Shown here piece by piece: positions 62,446-64,000 of a DNA stretch of 64,000 bases. Origin of the DNA: Podarcis filfolensis (taxonomy: Eukaryota); NCBI GenBank assembly GCA_964270895.1, contig OZ185435.1. One strand, given 5' to 3'. The notes below the pieces were generated by a model. That model saw nothing but the letters and a program-made list of their open reading frames with translations. It was not told the origin of the DNA and did not search any database. Every line of letters begins with the position of its first letter. Positions within the stretch are counted from its first letter, which is position 1. Position numbers and translations under genes: made by a program.

Positions 62446-64000
62446 CCAGATAAGCCAGAGGTGCTATCACAGTTCAAAGATGCATTTCAGCCAGGCAAAA
62501 ATGCTTGAGAAGGTCATAGAGCAGGGCTGTTGATCTGTGTAGCCTGGGGGATGGGCGTGGCTTGTGAAAAGTCCTGGGGGCCAGACAGTAAAGCCTGTAG
62601 GGCTACATCCAAATATACCCAGATAGGAAGGAGTAGAACTGCAGTGGAAATCAATCCCTGAACTTTCCAATCTACCAAAGGATTGCACAAAGATTTAGGG
62701 GTCAAGAGTAACAAAAGCTGCTGAGAGGTCCGGCAAGGCCAACAAGCTCAAAGTCCCATGTTGATCTCCAGTCAAGATTGCCCAGCAATGGCTGTGGCAG
62801 GAACACACTCGGATGTGTCTTGCTCACCCTGCAGCGAAGCAGCTGTAATGACTGTGGTAGATACTTGCACAGCGCCAGGCCTTTGCACAACAGCAAAAGG
62901 GTGTTTGCTGATGACCTGACAACATGTTTTGGCCTGCCTTGTGTGTTTATCCTATGCTTTACCTTCTCAGTGGCTTTAACTGAGGCTAAGGTCTATAGTG
63001 TTCACACTCATATTGTACCTTTGATGTCTGTTCCACTGCATACCCCAAGGATATTTGTTAATATTTGCTCAACAACCAATTTCTGAGAAAAAACATACAA
63101 GTCTGGGATTCATCAATCCAAGTAACAGAATTATCACTCTATCCATCTATGCTGTATACATGAGTACAGCAGTTTCTTTACCTCTTTTGCTGGAGAACAT
63201 GGTAAGAAGGAAGTAGATGGTAATCATTCCCATTTCACAGGCTGAGATGTTTCACGGTGGTCTGTCTTATCAGCTTCAGATTCAGGGAGACTCCCAAGAT
63301 CATGGCACCTATGCACTACTGTACAAAAGGACCTATCATGAGACAAATGAAATGCAAAGGATATGTTATTTTACTCTTCATTGGACCTACATAGGTTGGT
63401 GTGAGTGCACATGCAACTTTGAGCTTCTCAAAACTCTTAACCAGATAAATGAAACCCATCTGATTAAAAGTGCTGTGAGAGTTTAAAAAAGAGCACACTC
63501 CTACACCAGCTTGATAATAAATAATATAATTGTACCTACTTTACACCATGTATCCTTGGGATCAACATCAGAATAAGTGAATTACTGGGGGGCAGGAGAG
63601 TATACAAATATTCTAACTCATTCTTCATAAACCAGAGACAGTACTGAAGTAAAGCACTTTAGGCGAATACTAAATGTCTTGAACCGGTTTAAACTGGTTA
63701 AAAGAATATGTTAGCATGTTTTGTTGGCTGAGAAAAACAAGATGGAACAGCTCAGATCTTATGATAAAGTTAGCAACAAAAAGAGGAAAGGAATTTGTAG
63801 GAGAGCCTTGGATGAGGAGGGGTTGTGGCCTCACTGGATGACCCAGAGAAGGCCCCCTGACACAAGAAAAGGAAAAGTGTGCATTTACTACAGATATTAC
63901 TCAATTCACAGTCAAGTGCCTCAGACAACACTTCACATTGTAGAGCCATTCCGTCACCCCACCTTCATCCCACTTCTCACAAAGAGCAGTGGTGGTAAGC

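Overview
Vertebrate genomic DNA, probably a squamate reptile. The SINE and MITE families (Sauria SINE, Squam3-like) suggest a lacertid lizard; this is inference. The window holds two convergently transcribed neural/neuroendocrine genes in the arrangement known from human 2q35: FEV/Pet-1 (+ strand, 3 coding exons at 9476-9524, 10058-10132 and 19402-19904, 208 aa) and single-exon CDK5R2/p39 (- strand, 58686-59642, 318 aa). A ~6 kb segment containing FEV exon 3 occurs twice (16569-22550 and 22751-28744) on either side of a 200-N gap, most likely an assembly false duplication of two haplotypes. The rest is intronic or intergenic DNA rich in L2 and L1 LINE fragments, SINEs, and hAT and Tc1/mariner MITEs, many with readable target-site duplications (TSDs). 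The most interesting signals are three same-orientation REST/NRSF (RE1) motifs between the two genes' 3' ends, a strong CTCF motif downstream of FEV, MITEs stacked on one target site, and a templated-insertion repair scar. All family calls are from recognition by eye with no database search; repeat boundaries without TSDs are approximate. Apart from retroelement ORF2 fragments, the other short ORFs in the track look spurious. I found no evidence for a wholly new gene system.
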